Origin: Terriglobia bacterium
GTDB taxonomy: Bacteria; Acidobacteriota; Terriglobia; JAJPHL01; JAPKYU01
Direction of reading: 5' to 3'
Assembly: GCA_965206645.1 (NCBI GenBank)
Contig: CBDBKE010000004.1
Location: forward strand, 1,312,001 to 1,376,000
Length of the DNA: 64,000 bases
Positions 30,252-43,835 of the stretch are shown piece by piece (positions within the stretch are counted from its first letter, which is position 1; each line of letters starts with the position of its first letter). The position numbers were made by a program, and so were the translations under genes. A model generated the notes under the pieces. That model had not been told where the DNA came from and did not search any database. It worked only from the letters and a program-made list of their open reading frames with translations.

Positions 30252-31001
30252 CTAGGGGCGCGTCAGGACCCAAGGACCATTGCGGGTCACCGCCACGGTA
30301 TGCTCAAAATGGGCGGAATGGCCTCCGTCAGCGGTCACCGCCGTCCAACGGTCACTCAATACCCGCGCTTCGCCGGAGCCGGTATTGACCATCGGCTCGA
30401 TGGCCATCACCATTCCCTCGCGAAGGCGCGGCCCCTCGCCCGGGCTGCCGTAGTTGGGCACCTGAGGGTCTTCGTGCAACTTCCGACCGATGCCGTGGCC
30501 GACAAAGTCGCGCACGACCGAATACCCGTTCTCTTCCACGTGGCTCTGCACCGCCGAGCAAACGTCGCCCAGCCGGTTTCCCACACGGACCTGCTGAATC
30601 GCCAGATCCAAAGATTCCCGGGTGACCCTCAGCAACCGTTCCAGGTCGGGGGAAATCGGGCCCACCGGGATGGTCACCGCCGAATCCCCGTAATAGCCAT
30701 CCAACTCCACTCCGATATCCACCTTGAGAATATCGCCTTCGCGCAACGAGAGGTCGCGTGATGGGATTCCGTGCACGATCTCGTTGTTAATCGAGGTACA
30801 CAGCACACAAGGGTAGCCATAGTAGCCTTTGAATGCCGCCCGCGCGCCGGCCTCCTGGATCCTCCGTTCCGCCGTACGTTCCAGCTCCGCCGTCGAGACC
30901 CCCGGCTGAATCATCTCCCTCAGTTCCCCGAGAATCTGCCCGACTAACAAGCCGCTGCGGCGCATCATTTCCAGTTCCGCCGCTGACTTGCAAAGAATCA
31001 T
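30252..31001 (-). CDS. map: Methionine aminopeptidase type I
   Basis: CTSINNEIVHGIP, GYYGDSA, GHGIG, AIEPM, AHFEHT. Confidence 0.97.
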   Translation of the reverse strand: MILCKSAAELEMMRRSGLLVGQILGELREMIQPGVSTAELERTAERRIQEAGARAAFKGYYGYPCVLCTSINNEIVHGIPSRDLSLREGDILKVDIGVELDGYYGDSAVTIPVGPISPDLERLLRVTRESLDLAIQQVRVGNRLGDVCSAVQSHVEENGYSVVRDFVGHGIGRKLHEDPQVPNYGSPGEGPRLREGMVMAIEPMVNTGSGEARVLSDRWTAVTADGGHSAHFEHTVAVTRNGPWVLTRP

Positions 31002-31729
31002 CGCGCGCCGGTACAGCCTGCGCGTTCCAGGATTCGAAACAGCGCGTCGCTGATGGTCGCCGGGTCCGGATTGGCGTCTACTTCAAAGAAGTTGCTCCGC
31101 CCGCGATAAAAATCCACCAACGGCCGGGTCATTGCCTCGTAGGCCGCCAGGCGCTCACGCCTCACATGCTCCTGATCATCAGGCCGCTGGACCAGTGCGG
31201 TGCCGTCCCAGTCACAGAATCCTTCACGCGCCGGAGGTTGCAGAAACACGTTATAGGTTCTGCCGCATTGAGGGCAGGTACGGCGGCCCGTGAGTCGTTC
31301 AATCAATCTACTGTACTCCACCAGCATATGAATGACAATCGGTCCCTGGCGCGCCTCACCCAGCATCTGGTCCAAAGCCCGTGCCTGAGCCACTGTCCTG
31401 GGAAAGCCGTCCAGCACCCAGCCGGTTGCGCAATCCTTCTGGGCCAGACGCTCGGCGATCATCGCATTCACCAGTTCGTCGGACACCAGATCCCCGGCTG
31501 CCACAATGGGGCTGGCTTGCTGTCCCCTACTGGTGTTTCGCTCCAGTTCGTCGCGCAGCATGTCGCCGGTGGCGAGGTGCGGTACACCCATCCGCTGGGC
31601 CACGGCCACGGCCTGAGTTCCCTTGCCCGCCCCCGGCGGACCCAGGAAAACCACCGTCCGACGAGCCTTCGGTTGCGACCCGCTGCCGGTCCCCAAGCCT
31701 GGATCTGGAATCGCCATGGCTGAGCTCAC
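30998..31729 (-). CDS. adk: Adenylate kinase
   Basis: [23 protein letters not shown], Zn-LID CPQC. Confidence 0.97.
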   Translation of the reverse strand: MSSAMAIPDPGLGTGSGSQPKARRTVVFLGPPGAGKGTQAVAVAQRMGVPHLATGDMLRDELERNTSRGQQASPIVAAGDLVSDELVNAMIAERLAQKDCATGWVLDGFPRTVAQARALDQMLGEARQGPIVIHMLVEYSRLIERLTGRRTCPQCGRTYNVFLQPPAREGFCDWDGTALVQRPDDQEHVRRERLAAYEAMTRPLVDFYRGRSNFFEVDANPDPATISDALFRILERAGCTGAR

Positions 31730-33150
31730 CCTCGCCGCCCCCGGATCCGCCCGCTCCTGGGTGCAAACCCTTCGTAATGGCGCATGATCAACTGCGCCTC
31801 CACCTGATTGACCGTATCCATGGCCACCCCGACCACAATCAGCAGCGATGTTCCTCCAAAGTAAAACGTCACGCCCAGCCCTTGCAGAATTAACGTGTGG
31901 AAGTTCTCGTCAAACCACGAGCCGATCCAGGGCAGGTGGTGAAGTCGGATGCCGCCGATCATGAAATCCGGGATCAGCGAGATCAGCGCCAGATACAGAC
32001 CCCCCACAAAGGTCAGGTGGGTCAGGATGCGGTTCAGATACTCGGCGGTGTGTTTGCCCGGACGGATGCCGGGAATGAAGCCGCCGTATTTGCGCATGTT
32101 GTCGGCCACTTCGGTCGGGTTGAAGATGATGGAGACGTAAAAGTAAGAAAAGAAGAGAATCCCGACGCCGTACAGCAGTGTATACAGCGGCTCGTTCCAC
32201 TGCATGGCCTCAAACAACCTCGCGAATCCGCCGGCAATCTGCTTGACCATCGGGGATTCGATTTCCCGGGGGTCGACCAAGAGCCCCAAAGTCTGCGGGA
32301 AGGCCAGCACCGAGCTCGCGAAAATCACCGGGATCACGCCGCCGGTATTGACTTTCAGCGGCATGTGGGTGGACTGCCCACCCATGACGCGGCGCCCGAC
32401 CACTCGCCGGGCGTACTGCACCGGAATCCGCCGCTCGCCGCGCTCCACCAGAACGATGAAGGCCACGATCATTACCATCACTCCCACTAACACCAGCGCC
32501 TGCAGGAGGCTCCACTCCTTGGTCACCACCACCTTCTCGAAAAGCTCCAGGATTGCGGATGGCAGGCCAACGACGATGCCAGCAAAGATAATCAGCGACA
32601 TCCCGTTGCCGATGCCGCGGGCAGAGATCTGCTCACCCAGCCACATGATGAACGCCGTCCCAGTGGTCAGCGTGATCACGGTCATCACGACAAAGCCGGG
32701 GCCAGGGTCGATGACAAAGCCCTGCGGGGCGCCGGGCGAGGGGCGCTGCAACGTCACGGCGATGCCGAAGGACTGCACCATCGCCAACAGCACCGTCAGG
32801 TAGCGCGTATACTGTGTGATCTTGCGCCGCCCCAGCTCCCCTTCCTTCTGCAGCTTCTCCAGATAAGGCCAGACCACGGTCAGCAGCTGCAGGATAATGG
32901 AGGAGGTGATGTAGGGCATGATGCCCAGGGCAAAGATGGTGAGCCGGCGGAAGTTCCCCCCGCTGAAAACGTCCAGGAAGCCGAAGATGGTGCCGCGATT
33001 CTGCTCGAAGAACTGCTCCAGCATCTGCCAATTGACGCCCGGCGTAGGAATGTGGGCGCCAATGCGGTAGACGGCCAGCAGCGCCAGGGTGAACAAGACA
33101 CGCCGCCGCAGCTCGGGAATGATGAAGATGTTCTGGATTGATCGAAGCAT
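31726..33150 (-). CDS. secY: Preprotein translocase SecY
   Basis: [42 protein letters not shown]. Confidence 0.98.
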   Translation of the reverse strand: MLRSIQNIFIIPELRRRVLFTLALLAVYRIGAHIPTPGVNWQMLEQFFEQNRGTIFGFLDVFSGGNFRRLTIFALGIMPYITSSIILQLLTVVWPYLEKLQKEGELGRRKITQYTRYLTVLLAMVQSFGIAVTLQRPSPGAPQGFVIDPGPGFVVMTVITLTTGTAFIMWLGEQISARGIGNGMSLIIFAGIVVGLPSAILELFEKVVVTKEWSLLQALVLVGVMVMIVAFIVLVERGERRIPVQYARRVVGRRVMGGQSTHMPLKVNTGGVIPVIFASSVLAFPQTLGLLVDPREIESPMVKQIAGGFARLFEAMQWNEPLYTLLYGVGILFFSYFYVSIIFNPTEVADNMRKYGGFIPGIRPGKHTAEYLNRILTHLTFVGGLYLALISLIPDFMIGGIRLHHLPWIGSWFDENFHTLILQGLGVTFYFGGTSLLIVVGVAMDTVNQVEAQLIMRHYEGFAPRSGRIRGRRG

Positions 33151-33165
33151 GCCTTCCGCCCGGGC

Positions 33166-33615
33166 CTACTCTGCCGGAATCACCTCCGCCCGGCCGCCTG
33201 CGGCTTCAATCTTCTGCTGGGCACTGGCACTGAAATGGTGCGCGCGGACGGTGACTGCGCGCCCAAGCTCTCCCTGGCCCAGCACACGAAGACCGTCGCG
33301 GAGCCGACGGATGACGCCGCGCTCCAGTAATAGATCCGGGGTAATGGTCTCGGCATCTGCCACCCTGCCCAGAGCCTCCAGGTTGATCACTGCAAACCGC
33401 TTCTTGAACAGATTGTGAAACCCGCGCTTCGGCACGCGCCGGTGCAGCGGCATCTGGCCGCCCTCGAAACCCCTCTTCTGGCTGTAGCCGCTGCGCGAGC
33501 GCTGCCCCTTCTCGCCCCGGCCAGCCGTCTTGCCCAGGCCCGATCCCATGCCGCGGCCTACCCGTTTCGGTTTGCGAACCTGCCCCCGGGGCGGCCGCAA
33601 CTGACTAAGATTCAT
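33166..33615 (-). CDS. rplO: 50S ribosomal protein L15
   Basis: [18 protein letters not shown]. Confidence 0.98.
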   Translation of the reverse strand: MNLSQLRPPRGQVRKPKRVGRGMGSGLGKTAGRGEKGQRSRSGYSQKRGFEGGQMPLHRRVPKRGFHNLFKKRFAVINLEALGRVADAETITPDLLLERGVIRRLRDGLRVLGQGELGRAVTVRAHHFSASAQQKIEAAGGRAEVIPAE

Positions 33616-33817
33616 GTCCCTGCTCCAGTACTTCCACCAGATGCTGCACCTTGAAGATCATGCCACGCACGCCGGGCGTATCCGGACGCTCGACCACTTG
33701 GTGTAGGCGCCTGAACCCCAGACCCCGCAAAACTTCCCTCTGCTTCTGCGGACAACCAATGCCGCTGCGGATTTGCCGAATCTGGATCTTGTTGGTTTTC
33801 GCCCTCTTCTTAGCCAT
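33605..33817 (-). CDS. rpmD: 50S ribosomal protein L30
   Basis: [19 protein letters not shown]. Confidence 0.95.
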   Translation of the reverse strand: MAKKRAKTNKIQIRQIRSGIGCPQKQREVLRGLGFRRLHQVVERPDTPGVRGMIFKVQHLVEVLEQGHES

Positions 33818-33842
33818 TTCCTGTCATACCAACCCCGTGCCC

Positions 33843-34349
33843 CTACAAATCCTCAACCGCCTTGCCGCGCGCTCGTGCCACTTCCTCGCGGTCCCGCAGT
33901 TGGCCTAGCGCATCCATGGTGGCCTTGATGACGTTATGCGGGTTGGCCGAGCGGATGGACTTGGTTAACACGTTGGCAATTCCCGCAGCCTGGATGACCG
34001 CGCGCACGGGACCACCGGCAATCACCCCGGTGCCTTCCGACGCCGGTTTCAGTAATACCAGCCCCGCACCGAAGCGGCCCAACACCGCGTGGGGAATGGT
34101 CGTCTTCACCATGTGCACCTTCGTCAGGTTCTTCTTGGCAGCCTCGATCCCTTTGCGAATTGCTGCCGGCACCTCGCGGGCCTTGCCGGTGCCATAGCCG
34201 ACAATGTTCTGCTCGGGATCGCCGACCACCACCAGAGCGCGAAAACTCAGATTCTTTCCGCCCTTGACCACCTTGGTCACCCGATTGATGGAGACCACCT
34301 GATCTTTCAGGTTCAGCGACGCCGGGTCGATACGTTTCACACCAGTCAC
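33843..34349 (-). CDS. rpsE: 30S ribosomal protein S5
   Basis: [19 protein letters not shown]; GTG start inferred. Confidence 0.97.
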   Translation of the reverse strand: MTGVKRIDPASLNLKDQVVSINRVTKVVKGGKNLSFRALVVVGDPEQNIVGYGTGKAREVPAAIRKGIEAAKKNLTKVHMVKTTIPHAVLGRFGAGLVLLKPASEGTGVIAGGPVRAVIQAAGIANVLTKSIRSANPHNVIKATMDALGQLRDREEVARARGKAVEDL

Positions 34350-34432
34350 AATCGAATCCGTTTCCTTCCTCAGGAGCCCGCAGCTCCCTGCCTGGGGCGC
34401 ACCCGCGCCTCCAGACACGGCCGTGCCACCGT

Positions 34433-34789
34433 TCAGAACGTCAGCCCGGCCTCGCGGGCGGCCTCGGCCAGAGCCTTGACCCGCCCGTGGTACTTGTAGC
34501 CGCCGCGATCGAAGACCACTCGGGCAATGCCCTTGGCAAGCGCCCGCTCGGCTACCAGCTTGCCCACATCCCGTGCGCCGGCAACGTTGCCACCGTTGCC
34601 GCTGCCCTTCTCAAGTGAGCCGGCAGCCACCAGGGTGTGGCCCCGGCTGTCGTCGACCACCTGCGCGTAGATGTGTTTCAGCGAACGGAACACATTCAGC
34701 CGCGGGCGCGCGCTGCTGCCGCGCAGGCGCTTCCGCAGCCGCTGGTGCACCCTCTCCCGCGCCAGATTCCTGGAAACCCGCTCGATCAT
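34433..34789 (-). CDS. rplR: 50S ribosomal protein L18
   Basis: [23 protein letters not shown]. Confidence 0.98.
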   Translation of the reverse strand: MIERVSRNLARERVHQRLRKRLRGSSARPRLNVFRSLKHIYAQVVDDSRGHTLVAAGSLEKGSGNGGNVAGARDVGKLVAERALAKGIARVVFDRGGYKYHGRVKALAEAAREAGLTF

Positions 34790-34791
34790 CT

Positions 34792-35325
34792 TTACTTCGC
34801 GCCTGCTTTGCCTACTTTTTTCTTCAGCTTCTCCCCAACGTACCGTACACCTTTGTGCTTGTAAGGATCGGGTGGACGCAGGCGGCGGATGTTGGCAGCA
34901 ACCTGGCCCACTTTCTGCTTGTCAATCCCGCTGACCGCCAGCCGGGTTTGGCGCTCCACGGTGAGCTGGACGCCGTCCGGCAGGGGAAACTCGATCGGAC
35001 GCGAATAACCCAGGTTGAAGACGACCACCCGGTCCTTGACTTCCGCACGATAGCCGATGCCGACAATCTCTAGGTCTTTCTGAAAGCCTGTGCTCACCCC
35101 GATGACCGCGTTGGCCAACAGGCTGCGAGCCAACCCGTGCATGGCGGCGTAGGAGTCGTCCTCGCGCTTCGCCAGCAGCGTCGAATCTTCGAGTTCAAAC
35201 CGGATTCCTGGAGGCAGCGCCGTGTTCAGTTCTCCCTTCGGTCCCTCGACTAGGACGCTGCTGGCCTGTACCTGAACCCGCACGCCCTCGGGGATCGGGA
35301 TGGGTTTGTTTCCTACGCGCGACAT
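34792..35325 (-). CDS. rplF: 50S ribosomal protein L6
   Basis: [23 protein letters not shown]. Confidence 0.98.
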   Translation of the reverse strand: MSRVGNKPIPIPEGVRVQVQASSVLVEGPKGELNTALPPGIRFELEDSTLLAKREDDSYAAMHGLARSLLANAVIGVSTGFQKDLEIVGIGYRAEVKDRVVVFNLGYSRPIEFPLPDGVQLTVERQTRLAVSGIDKQKVGQVAANIRRLRPPDPYKHKGVRYVGEKLKKKVGKAGAK

Positions 35326-35386
35326 TGCCCTGTTCCTCGACCACCGGGCCAGGCACGTTTCCTTAGTCCCGTGTCCCGGCTGGCAA

Positions 35387-35785
35387 TTACCAGACTTCGC
35401 ACAACACTTCTCCGCCGACGCCCTGATGGCGGGCAGCACGGCCGGTCATCACGCCGCGCGGCGTGGTCAGAATATTGATCCCCATCCCGCCCAAGACCCG
35501 CGGCACCTCTCGCCCGCCTACGTACACACGCCGACCCGGACGCGAAACCCGCTGGATGGTGGAAATCACCGGTTGGTTCTCCGCGCCGTACTTCAACCGC
35601 ACCTCCAGTCGCTTGTGCACACCTTCCTCGATCATCCGATAGCCGGTGATGTACCCTTCTTCCTTTAGGACACGGGCCACCTCCAGCTTGAGCCCGGAGG
35701 CCGGCACCTCCACAGACTTGTGCCTGGCCTGCAGCCCGTTACGGATCCGCGTCAGAAAATCCCCAATGGAATCAGTATGGCTCAT
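35387..35785 (-). CDS. rpsH: 30S ribosomal protein S8
   Basis: DFLTRIRN, SRPGRRVY, GGEVLCEVW. Confidence 0.98.
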   Translation of the reverse strand: MSHTDSIGDFLTRIRNGLQARHKSVEVPASGLKLEVARVLKEEGYITGYRMIEEGVHKRLEVRLKYGAENQPVISTIQRVSRPGRRVYVGGREVPRVLGGMGINILTTPRGVMTGRAARHQGVGGEVLCEVW

Positions 35786-35792
35786 AATGCCG

Positions 35793-35978
35793 TTACCAGC
35801 TGGACTTGGCCACCCCGGGAATTTCGCCTTGCAGGGCCAAACCGCGAAAGCACAGCCGGCAAATCTGGAACTTCCGCAGGTAGGCGCGGGGGCGGCCGCA
35901 CAAGCGGCACCGGTTGCGGTGCCGCACCTGGAACTTCGGTTTCCTCAGTTCCTTTGCGATCTTGGCGGTGGTTGCCAT
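35793..35978 (-). CDS. rpsN: 30S ribosomal protein S14 (Zn-binding type Z)
   Basis: [26 protein letters not shown]. Confidence 0.97.
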   Translation of the reverse strand: MATTAKIAKELRKPKFQVRHRNRCRLCGRPRAYLRKFQICRLCFRGLALQGEIPGVAKSSW

Positions 35979-36005
35979 TCTGCGACCTCGACTATCTAGA
36001 TTCAG

Positions 36006-36548
36006 CTAACTCTGAAACGGCATGCCCATGTGACGCAGCAGCGCCCGTCCTTCTTCGTCGCTGCGCGCGGTGGTCACAATGGTGACGTTCATCCCTCTGA
36101 TTTTGTCCACCTTGGCGTAGTCAATTTCGGGGAAGACAAGCTGGTCCCGGAGCCCCAGAGTGTAGTTTCCCCGCCCATCAAAGGAGCGCATGGACACGCC
36201 CCGAAAGTCGCGGACGCGGGGCAGGGCGACGTTCACCAGCCGGTCGAGGAACTCGTACATGCGATCGCCGCGCAGCGTCACGGAGGCGCCGATGGGCATG
36301 CCGGCTCGCAGGCGGAATGCGGCGATGGACTTTCTGGCCCGTGTCACGATTGGTTTCTGGCCCGTGATCTGCTTCAGTTCCACCGACGCACCGTCCAGCA
36401 GCTTGATGTTCTGAGTGGCTTCGCCGACCCCCACATTCACCACGATCTTTTCCAGTCGCGGGACTGCCATGGAGTTGGTGTAGGTAAACTCCTTTTTCAG
36501 CGCCGGAATGACCTGCTTCTGGAACCGCTGTTTGAGTCTGCTGGACAT
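36006..36548 (-). CDS. rplE: 50S ribosomal protein L5
   Basis: [22 protein letters not shown]. Confidence 0.98.
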   Translation of the reverse strand: MSSRLKQRFQKQVIPALKKEFTYTNSMAVPRLEKIVVNVGVGEATQNIKLLDGASVELKQITGQKPIVTRARKSIAAFRLRAGMPIGASVTLRGDRMYEFLDRLVNVALPRVRDFRGVSMRSFDGRGNYTLGLRDQLVFPEIDYAKVDKIRGMNVTIVTTARSDEEGRALLRHMGMPFQS

Positions 36549-36560
36549 CGGGCTCAGCCT

Positions 36561-36899
36561 CTATTTCTCCATGACGGTGCCGCACTTGCGGCAGATGCGT
36601 ACGGCGCGCAGCCGCCGCCCCTGCTGGTCCCGCTCCTCGCGGAATCCGACTCGACGCGGGGCATTGCAGGTAGGACACACCAGCTGCACATTGGAGATGG
36701 CAATGGAAGCCTCCCGCTCGGCAATCCCGCCCTTGATCTGTTTGGCGGGATTGGGCCGCGTATGCTTCTTCACCATCATGACGTGCTCCACCAGCACCCG
36801 ATGCTTATCGGGGAGGATCTGCAGCACGCGGCCGACCTTGCCTTTGTCGCGTCCGCTGATGACCTTCACCGTGTCCTCCCTGCGGATAATGGCAGGCAT
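36561..36899 (-). CDS. rplX: 50S ribosomal protein L24
   Basis: KOW motif VISGRDKGKVG, GGIAEREA, SNV. Confidence 0.97.
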   Translation of the reverse strand: MPAIIRREDTVKVISGRDKGKVGRVLQILPDKHRVLVEHVMMVKKHTRPNPAKQIKGGIAEREASIAISNVQLVCPTCNAPRRVGFREERDQQGRRLRAVRICRKCGTVMEK

Positions 36900-37267
36900 C
36901 AGAGCACCTCCGGCGCCAGCGAAACAATCTTGGCAAACTTCTTCTCGCGGAGTTCGCGGGCCACCGGCCCGAAAACGCGCGTGCCAATCGGCTCATGAAC
37001 ATCGTTGATCAGCACCGCTGCGTTCTCGTCAAAGCGGATGTAGGTGCCATCCCGGCGGCGATGTTCCTTGCGCATGCGCACCACCACAGCTTTAACGACG
37101 CTGCCCTTCTTGATATTGCTAGCCGGGGCCGCCTCTTTCACCGATGCCGTAATCACCTCTCCCAGCCCGGCCCGGCTGCCCACGGATCCTCCCAAGGGCA
37201 AGATGCAAGAGATTCTCCGGGCGCCGGAATTGTCGGCCACCTGAAGCATGGTTCGCATGCCGATCAT
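36899..37267 (-). CDS. rplN: 50S ribosomal protein L14
   Basis: [33 protein letters not shown]. Confidence 0.98.
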   Translation of the reverse strand: MIGMRTMLQVADNSGARRISCILPLGGSVGSRAGLGEVITASVKEAAPASNIKKGSVVKAVVVRMRKEHRRRDGTYIRFDENAAVLINDVHEPIGTRVFGPVARELREKKFAKIVSLAPEVL

Positions 37268-37653
37268 TGCTCAGATTCCTCTGCGGCCGGCTCCGGGATT
37301 TCGGGGCCAACCGGCAGCTCGGCCGGCTCAACTAAGCCCACTCCCCTGGCTCGCCTCAGCACCTCAGCCAGCCGCCAGCGCTTCAGGCGGCTGAGCGGTC
37401 GCGATTCGACGATCCGCACCACGTCCCCTACCTGGCACTGGTTTCGCTCATCGTGGGTGTAAAACTTCTTCTTACGCTGAACGACGCGCCGGTACAGCGG
37501 GTGTGGCACGCGGCGGCTGACTTCGACCACAATGGTCTTGTCCATCCGGGAGCTGACCACCCGGCCAATCTTTTCCTGTCGCGTCTTGTTCTTGCCAACT
37601 GTCTGGCCTTTCCCAACTGCCTGCTCAGGTGGTGGTTGCCTCTGTTCTGACAT
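37264..37653 (-). CDS. rpsQ: 30S ribosomal protein S17 (with N- and C-terminal extensions)
   Basis: [28 protein letters not shown]. Confidence 0.96.
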   Translation of the reverse strand: MSEQRQPPPEQAVGKGQTVGKNKTRQEKIGRVVSSRMDKTIVVEVSRRVPHPLYRRVVQRKKKFYTHDERNQCQVGDVVRIVESRPLSRLKRWRLAEVLRRARGVGLVEPAELPVGPEIPEPAAEESEQ

Positions 37654-37662
37654 GGTTGATAC

Positions 37663-37866
37663 TCAGCGTTCCTGCGCCTGCAACTCGCGCTGCCGTAGCA
37701 GCGTCTTGACCCGGGCCAGGTCCTTCTTCACGGCGCGCAGTTTGCGCAGTCCTTCGGCCTGGCCGGTGGCTGCCTGAAAGCGCAGGCGGAAAATCTGTTC
37801 GGCCATCTCGCGCTCCTGCAAGCGCAGCTCGTCGGAGGAAAGTTCGTGCAATCGGCGCCCCTTCAT
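37663..37866 (-). CDS. rpmC: 50S ribosomal protein L29
   Basis: [19 protein letters not shown]. Confidence 0.95.
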   Translation of the reverse strand: MKGRRLHELSSDELRLQEREMAEQIFRLRFQAATGQAEGLRKLRAVKKDLARVKTLLRQRELQAQER

Positions 37867-38306
37867 GGAGCGGCCCCGGCGGCCGTTCCGGCGCTCCGGT
37901 CGGGCCGCGATACGAACTTCGTCAGGATCGGCAACTTGTGGGCGGCCAGCCGCATCGCCTCGCGCGCGGTTGCCTCCGGCACGCCCTCCATCTCGAACAG
38001 GATTCGGCCTGGCTTGACTACGGCCACCCAGTGGTCGGGATTGCCTTTGCCCTTGCCCATGCGGGTCTCCGCCGGCTTGCGAGTGACCGGCTTATCGGGG
38101 AACAGGCGGGGCCAGATCTTGCCGCCACGTTTGATGAAGTGAGTCATGGCCACGCGCGACGCTTCGATCTGCCGGTCGGTGATCCATGCTGGCTCCAGCG
38201 CCTTCAGACCGTAATCGCCAAAGGAGAGCTCGCCGCCCCGCCACGCTTTGCCCGTCATTCGCCCGCGTTGCTGCTTGCGGTATTTCACCTTCTTGGGCAT
38301 CAACAT
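37863..38306 (-). CDS. rplP: 50S ribosomal protein L16
   Basis: [21 protein letters not shown]. Confidence 0.98.
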   Translation of the reverse strand: MLMPKKVKYRKQQRGRMTGKAWRGGELSFGDYGLKALEPAWITDRQIEASRVAMTHFIKRGGKIWPRLFPDKPVTRKPAETRMGKGKGNPDHWVAVVKPGRILFEMEGVPEATAREAMRLAAHKLPILTKFVSRPDRSAGTAAGAAP

Positions 38307-38324
38307 CGTTTCTTCCCTGCTCTG

Positions 38325-38990
38325 CTAGGAAGCGCGCACACCCAGCTGCCCCTGGCGCGCCCTGGCTTCCAGAATCTCTCCCTTGTAGATCCAGACCTTG
38401 ACTCCGATCACGCCGTAGGTGGTGTAGGCCTGGGCAAACCCGTACTCGATATCGGCGCGCAGCGTGTGCAGAGGCAGTTGTCCCTGCAGGTACCACTCGG
38501 TACGGGCGATCTCTGCGCCGTTCAACCTCCCGGAGACCCGCACCTTGATTCCCTTACACCCAAAGCGGAGCGCCGAATCCACTGATTTACGCATTGCCCG
38601 CCGAAAGGCCACCCGTTTCTCCAGTTGCAGCGCGACGGACTCGCTGACCAGTTGCGCGTCCAGCTCCGGCTTGGGAACCTCCTGGATGTCAATGTAGATC
38701 TCGCACTGGGTGCGCTTTTGAACTTCCTGCTTCAACTTGTCAATCTCGGCGCCCTTGCGCCCAATGATGATGCCGGGCCGCGCGGTGCGGATGGTGATGC
38801 GCAGCTTGTTGCCGGGCCGGTCCACCTCAATCGAGCTAACCCCCGCAGATCTCACACGCTCCTTCAACACCTTCTTCAGCTCCAGGTCTTCGTGCAGCAG
38901 GTTGGCGTAATCCTGCTTGGCGAACCACCGCGAGCGCCACGGCTTGGTGAACCTCAGCCGAAATCCGTAAGGGTGAACCTTCTGTCCCAT
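38325..38990 (-). CDS. rpsC: 30S ribosomal protein S3
   Basis: [30 protein letters not shown]. Confidence 0.98.
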   Translation of the reverse strand: MGQKVHPYGFRLRFTKPWRSRWFAKQDYANLLHEDLELKKVLKERVRSAGVSSIEVDRPGNKLRITIRTARPGIIIGRKGAEIDKLKQEVQKRTQCEIYIDIQEVPKPELDAQLVSESVALQLEKRVAFRRAMRKSVDSALRFGCKGIKVRVSGRLNGAEIARTEWYLQGQLPLHTLRADIEYGFAQAYTTYGVIGVKVWIYKGEILEARARQGQLGVRAS

Positions 38991-39003
38991 TGTTCCTCTC
39001 TCC

Positions 39004-39345
39004 CTACTGCTTCTGGGCGACGTGGACCACCAGGTGGGCCAAGCGCCGCTGGTAGCGGAAGGCCCGCCCCATGGGGGCCGCTCGGATCCGCTTCATGCGG
39101 GGCCCCTCGTTCACATAAGCCCGACTGACGTAGAGCGCATCCACGTCCACGTCCTCCGATTTGTTCTCGGCGTTATGGATGGCCGAGCGCAGCACTTTTT
39201 CCACCTCATGCGCGATGCGCTTCTTGGTGAACCGCAGCACATCGAGGGCTTTGCCCGCCGGTAGGCCGCGGATCAGATCCACCACCAGTCGCGCCTTCTG
39301 CGGCGAGCAGCGAATGTACTTTGCTTCAGCCCTGGCTTCCATCAC
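39004..39345 (-). CDS. rplV: 50S ribosomal protein L22
   Basis: [23 protein letters not shown]. Confidence 0.98.
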   Translation of the reverse strand: MMEARAEAKYIRCSPQKARLVVDLIRGLPAGKALDVLRFTKKRIAHEVEKVLRSAIHNAENKSEDVDVDALYVSRAYVNEGPRMKRIRAAPMGRAFRYQRRLAHLVVHVAQKQ

Positions 39346-39432
39346 CTGCTCCTGTTGCCCCAGGCGGCGAGCCGTTCCGGCCTCTCCGGTGCATCACCCA
39401 CTTCCTGGACAGGTACAAACGCGCCTTCCACG

Positions 39433-39729
39433 TCACGCCCTGGGCGCCGGAGCGGTCGCCCTTTCGGCTACCTTCACTGCGTGCCCGCGGAATGTGCGGG
39501 TGGGGGAGAACTCGCCCAGCTTGTGCCCGACCATGTTCTCGGTGACATACACCGGAATGAACTTCCTCCCCTGATGAATGCCGATGGTGTGCCCCACGAA
39601 TTCGGGAATCACAGTGGAACGCCGCGACCAAGTGCGTACTACCTTTTTCTCATTGCGCCGGTTCAGCACCTCGATCTTGCGCTGAAGGTGCTCATCCACA
39701 AACGGTCCTTTTTTCAACGAACGGCTCAT
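39433..39729 (-). CDS. rpsS: 30S ribosomal protein S19
   Basis: [23 protein letters not shown]. Confidence 0.98.
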   Translation of the reverse strand: MSRSLKKGPFVDEHLQRKIEVLNRRNEKKVVRTWSRRSTVIPEFVGHTIGIHQGRKFIPVYVTENMVGHKLGEFSPTRTFRGHAVKVAERATAPAPRA

Positions 39730-39738
39730 TGTGCCCGC

Positions 39739-40566
39739 CTATTTTTTCTTCCGCCGCGTCACGATCCAGCGGCCTGTCCGCTTGTTGCGGCGCGTTTTGT
39801 ACCCGCGCGTCGGTTGCCCCCACGGAGTGACTGGGTGGCGTCCGCCGGAGCTCTTCCCCTCGCCACCGCCATGGGGATGGTCCACCGGGTTCATGACCAC
39901 GCCGCGGTTGTGCGGACGGCGGCCCAGCCAGCGGTTCCGCCCGGCCTTGCCCAGCGAGATGCTCTCGTGGTCCAGGTTCCCCACCTGTCCGATGGTGGCG
40001 TAGCATTCGGCCGGCACCTTGCGTATTTCTCCGGAAGGCAGCTTTAGCAGCGCGTAGTCGCCTTCTTTGGACAGCAGTTGGGCCGACGCGCCCGCGCTGC
40101 GCGCCATCTGCCCGCCCTTTCCCGGCCGCAGCTCGATATTGTGCACTGTGGTGCCGGGCGGGATCGAGCGCATCGGCAGGGCGTTGCCCGTCAGAATATC
40201 GGCCTCCGGCCCACTCATCACCGTGCTGCCGACCGTCAGGCCCACCGGATGCAGAATGTAGCGCTTCTCGCCATCCCGATAATGCAGCAGCGCAATGCGC
40301 GCGGAGCGATTCGGGTCATACTCAATCGAGGCCACCTTGGCCGGAACGCCGAGCTTCTCGCGGCGAAAATCAATCAGGCGCAGCTTCCGTTTGTGGCCTC
40401 CGCCGCGAAACCACATCGTGATCTGGCCCCGATTGTTGCGCCCGCCGCTTTTCTTCAACGGCTTGGTCAGTGACTTCAGCGGTCTCTCCGCTGTAATTTC
40501 CTCTCGGGTCAGAGCGGTCTGAAACCGCCGGGTGGCAGTCGTTGGCCTGTATTTTTTGATGCCCAT
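39739..40566 (-). CDS. rplB: 50S ribosomal protein L2
   Basis: [21 protein letters not shown]. Confidence 0.99.
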   Translation of the reverse strand: MGIKKYRPTTATRRFQTALTREEITAERPLKSLTKPLKKSGGRNNRGQITMWFRGGGHKRKLRLIDFRREKLGVPAKVASIEYDPNRSARIALLHYRDGEKRYILHPVGLTVGSTVMSGPEADILTGNALPMRSIPPGTTVHNIELRPGKGGQMARSAGASAQLLSKEGDYALLKLPSGEIRKVPAECYATIGQVGNLDHESISLGKAGRNRWLGRRPHNRGVVMNPVDHPHGGGEGKSSGGRHPVTPWGQPTRGYKTRRNKRTGRWIVTRRKKK

Positions 40567-40585
40567 CGTGCTTCCTGCGCCGACC

Positions 40586-40879
40586 TTAGCCGGCTTCGGC
40601 GAAGTCCACCATCTTCTCGCCTTCTTTCAGTCGTACGTACGCCTTTTTCCAGTCGCGGCGATAGCCGGCGAAGCGCCCCCGCCGCCGCTGCTTGCCAGGG
40701 AAATTCGCTGTCTGCACTGAGGAGACCTTCACCTTGAAGATCTTCTGCACGGCCTGCTTGATTTCCGTCTTGGTGGCGTCCACCTGCACCTCGAAACACA
40801 GAGTTCGCTTGTCCTGCTTTTGGTCCACCGCCTTTTCGGTGATGAGCGGCCGCCTCAGAATCTGCCAGACCTCTTTCAC
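40586..40879 (-). CDS. rplW: 50S ribosomal protein L23
   Basis: [22 protein letters not shown]; GTGA overlap with rplD. Confidence 0.97.
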   Translation of the reverse strand: MKEVWQILRRPLITEKAVDQKQDKRTLCFEVQVDATKTEIKQAVQKIFKVKVSSVQTANFPGKQRRRGRFAGYRRDWKKAYVRLKEGEKMVDFAEAG

Positions 40880-41502
40880 GGTTTCAGCGCCTCCTGGAGG
40901 CGGCTGACCGCCGGCTGGGAGATCCAAACCTGCTCCGAGCGCAGCAGGTCGTAGGGATGCACCTCTCGCGCCAGTCGGAACTGCACATTCTCAAGGTTCC
41001 GGCTGGAAAGATCCAGGTTGCGATCCTGCGTGGTATCCACCAGCAACAGCGTGCGGTCCACCTCAAAGCGTTCCAGCAGGCGGCAGAAGTCCCGTGTCTT
41101 GTGAGAGTCGACCCGCAGTTCGTCGAGCACGGTCAGCTTCCGCGCCGCCAGCTTCACCGACAGCGCCGAGCGCAGCGCCCCCAGCAGCATCTTCTTCGGC
41201 AGCCGGTAAGAGTAGTCACGCGGCTTCGGCCCGTGCACCGTACCACCATGCCTCCACAGGGGTGAGCGGATGCTCCCGATCCGAGCCCGCCCGGTGCCCT
41301 TCTGCCGCCACGGTTTCCTGCCGCTGCCGGAAACCTCGGCTCGCGTCTTGCTCTTATGGGTGCCGCGACGCAGGCCGGCCAGATGGTGGTGGACCGCCTG
41401 GTACAGCAAGGCCGGATTAGGCCGTACCGCGAACACTTCTTCGGCCAGATCCACTTGGCCGACCTTCTCCCGCTTTAGATTGAGTACCTCTGTTCTAGGC
41501 AT
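40876..41502 (-). CDS. rplD: 50S ribosomal protein L4
   Basis: KTRAEVSG, KPWRQKGTGRAR, GPKPR. Confidence 0.98.
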   Translation of the reverse strand: MPRTEVLNLKREKVGQVDLAEEVFAVRPNPALLYQAVHHHLAGLRRGTHKSKTRAEVSGSGRKPWRQKGTGRARIGSIRSPLWRHGGTVHGPKPRDYSYRLPKKMLLGALRSALSVKLAARKLTVLDELRVDSHKTRDFCRLLERFEVDRTLLLVDTTQDRNLDLSSRNLENVQFRLAREVHPYDLLRSEQVWISQPAVSRLQEALKP

Positions 41503-41516
41503 CCCCGGACCTCTGT

Positions 41517-42179
41517 CTAACTACCAGAAGAAGCCTCCTTGGTAGAAACGGCCCTGCTGCGACGGATCATGACGTAGCCTCCGTCGGGTCCCGGAACGGC
41601 GCCCCGCACCACAAGCAGATCGTCGTCCACGTCCACCTGAACGACTTCCAGGTTCCGCACCGTCACTCGGGCGTGGCCCATGTGCCCTCCCATGCGCATC
41701 CCTTTCCAGACCCGCGAAGGATAGGAGGAGGCGCCAATGGACCCCGGCGCTCGATGGAACATCGAGCCGTGGCTGGCATCCCCACCGCGAAAGTGGTGCC
41801 GTTTGACGACGCCCGCAAAGCCCCGGCCTTTGCTCACCCCGATGACATCCACCTTGTCGTTGACCTGGAACAACTCCACGGTGATGCGGTCGCCCACTTT
41901 GGTCTGCTGGTCGTCCGGGACCAGGGAAAACTCCCGCAGAATCCGCGCCGGCTCCACTCCGGCCTTGCGGAAATGGCCCGCGCGCGGGCGGTTCACCCGC
42001 TTTGGCTTGATGAACTCTACCAGCCCAAGCTGCGCCGCCTCATAGCCGTCCCTGGCAGCCGCCTTCTTTTGGACCACCACGCAGGGGCCTGCCTTCAATA
42101 CCGTCACCGGCACCACCTGTCCGTCGGGTGCAAAGATCTGCGTCATTCCCATCTTCTTGCCAATGATGCCTGTGACCAT
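41517..42179 (-). CDS. rplC: 50S ribosomal protein L3
   Basis: [29 protein letters not shown]. Confidence 0.98.
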   Translation of the reverse strand: MVTGIIGKKMGMTQIFAPDGQVVPVTVLKAGPCVVVQKKAAARDGYEAAQLGLVEFIKPKRVNRPRAGHFRKAGVEPARILREFSLVPDDQQTKVGDRITVELFQVNDKVDVIGVSKGRGFAGVVKRHHFRGGDASHGSMFHRAPGSIGASSYPSRVWKGMRMGGHMGHARVTVRNLEVVQVDVDDDLLVVRGAVPGPDGGYVMIRRSRAVSTKEASSGS

Positions 42180-42235
42180 ACTGATCGCTCCGGCCTGACC
42201 GCTCCGGCTGCCGGCGAGGCTCCCTTGTAGAACTC

Positions 42236-42562
42236 CTACTTATGGTCCTTGCCGAACGTCTTGATTTCCACATCCACCCCGGCTGGCAGGTCCAGCTTCA
42301 TCAGGGCCTCAACGGTTTGCGGCGTGGGCTCCAGGATGTCCAGCAGCCGCTTGTGGGTGCGAATTTCGAACTGCTCCCTCGATTTCTTGTCGACGTGCGG
42401 GGAGCGCAGCACGCAATACTTGTTCCTCAGGGTGGGCAGCGGGATCGGCCCCGCCACCTGGGCGCCGGTGCGCTTGGCCGTGTCCACGATCTCGCTGGTG
42501 GACTGGTCCAGGACGCGGTGATCGTAAGCCTTCAGACGAATGCGAATTCGTTCCTGTGCCAT
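42236..42562 (-). CDS. rpsJ: 30S ribosomal protein S10
   Basis: [30 protein letters not shown]. Confidence 0.99.
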   Translation of the reverse strand: MAQERIRIRLKAYDHRVLDQSTSEIVDTAKRTGAQVAGPIPLPTLRNKYCVLRSPHVDKKSREQFEIRTHKRLLDILEPTPQTVEALMKLDLPAGVDVEIKTFGKDHK

Positions 42563-42566
42563 TCAG

Positions 42567-43754
<1,188 letters not shown>

Positions 43755-43835
43755 CGTCGCCTCAACTCCTCTGCGTTGTCTTAAACCTCTTTGGCCCGTT
43801 CACAGCCAGCGCCCGCCGGGTTCGCTCCTGCGGCC

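Noticed and set aside
31830-31960. Insertion in the SecY C-terminal region, and tails on S2, S9, S17 and Gmk
   Set aside because: In-frame, lineage-typical or low-complexity extensions; no intein or domain signature.
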